Positions 63,301 to 64,000 of a stretch of DNA of 64,000 nt are shown here, one piece after another (position 1 is the stretch's first letter; every line of letters begins with the position of its first letter). The stretch covers positions 81,950-145,949 of the forward strand of contig NIVC01000102.1 of NCBI GenBank assembly GCA_002269645.1. Direction: 5' to 3'. The notes under the pieces are model-generated. The model saw only the letters and a program-made list of their open reading frames with translations, made no database searches and was not told the origin of the DNA. Position numbers and translations under genes: made by a program. This stretch comes from Macrostomum lignano (lineage: Eukaryota).

Positions 63301-64000
63301 AGTCCTAGCTATCTCCTTACACTGTACAACTGCTATGTACACTCAGCCCAAGCCCAACCCCCTCCCATTCCGGGGGAATCGTTAAATTTAATTGAACCCC
63401 CCAACACGCGGGGGGGTTATTTGCATTGAACGCGTAACACGCGCACCCACCACCCCTCAATACACAGCGGCCCGCGGGCGGAGGTTGGGGTGACTATTTT
63501 TACAAACTGGCTGCAGCCCCAGTCAGAGTGGCCAAAGAAGGTTATTGAGGGTTAAAAAAACAGTTTTCTGCTTTTTTAGGGATCTTAAAATGTAAAAATG
63601 AAATATTAAAATAGCTATAAACCCAATCCGGAAAATTTGCAGTTTTCCCATATAAGTTTCAACGCTGACTTGCCAGTAGTCTAGGAGAAAAATTGCAACA
63701 CACAAACAAACATCGCACCAGTTTTAGTATTAAGACGAGGCCAACTCCTCCGATGGAGGAGAAAGGGGAAGAACTCCCATCACCGGAATTCCATTCCCTG
63801 AACTCCATCAGCTGAATCCCAAGACCCGAATCCCATTATCTAACTGTTCTCCAAATCCATCAAAATCCTCTCTGAGAAACTGAACACGATCGAAATCCTC
63901 TCCGCGAAACAGAAATCCTCTCCGTGAAACTGGACTCAATCGAAAGTTTCTCCGTCAAACAACTAAACTCTCAGGATTCAGTGGTTAGGGTTAGGGTTAG
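57380..64000 (-). mobile_element. Head-to-tail tandem array of ~1.2-1.5 kb Helitron-like units, each with an internal (TTAGGG)n tract; unit 3' ends at about 57380, 58572, 59858, 61078, 62279 and 63737; runs off the right edge
   Basis: On minus each unit ends with the hairpin CTCCTCC-nnn-GGAGGAG then TTGGC-CTCG, joined directly to the next unit's T(C/A)..AATACTAAA start and (TTTG/TCTG) microsatellite. TTAGGG tracts at 57616, 58821, 60152, 61337, 62714 and 63985. Confidence 0.75.

Noticed and set aside
57071-63705. Short ORFs recurring in the array units (e.g. MQVSVETYMGKLQIFRG)
   Set aside because: They recur only because the units repeat; lengths and stops vary and there is no Rep/helicase motif
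63985-64000. True chromosome-end telomere
   Set aside because: Equivalent TTAGGG tracts in the other units are at most four copies and internal; the window simply cuts through one
1-64000. tRNA or rRNA genes
   Set aside because: No cloverleaf or rRNA-like conserved sequence recognised by eye

Overview
Eukaryotic (metazoan) genomic DNA with GT-AG spliced genes, CAG-coded polyQ tracts and introns filled by private minisatellites. The style fits a repeat-rich invertebrate such as a free-living flatworm (Macrostomum-like); this is an inference only. Left to right: (1) the 5' part of a DIP2 gene (minus strand, runs off the left edge); (2) a tandem cluster of four calmodulin/EF-hand genes (minus) with progressive loss of Ca-binding loops; (3) an intronless secreted C-type lectin + PAN/apple-like gene (+); (4) a perfect 150-bp inverted repeat; (5) a 4-exon orphan two-TM gene (+); (6) a 10-exon divergent synapsin (+); (7) a convergent 2-exon gene with two PAK-type PBD/autoinhibitory modules but no kinase domain (minus); (8) a mobile-element block from 47 to 64 kb. 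That block holds Helitron-like elements carrying minisatellites, a dead 5'-truncated APE-RT-RNaseH non-LTR retrotransposon, and a head-to-tail array of ~1.2-1.5 kb Helitron-like units that each carry a short (TTAGGG)n tract. The strongest leads are the kinase-less double-PBD protein, the Helitron/TTAGGG concatemer, the EF-hand cluster with a shared atypical C-lobe, and a recurrent 23-bp period in eight mostly unrelated minisatellites. Gene models were built by hand from splice signals, frame continuity and remembered family motifs; no database searches were run.
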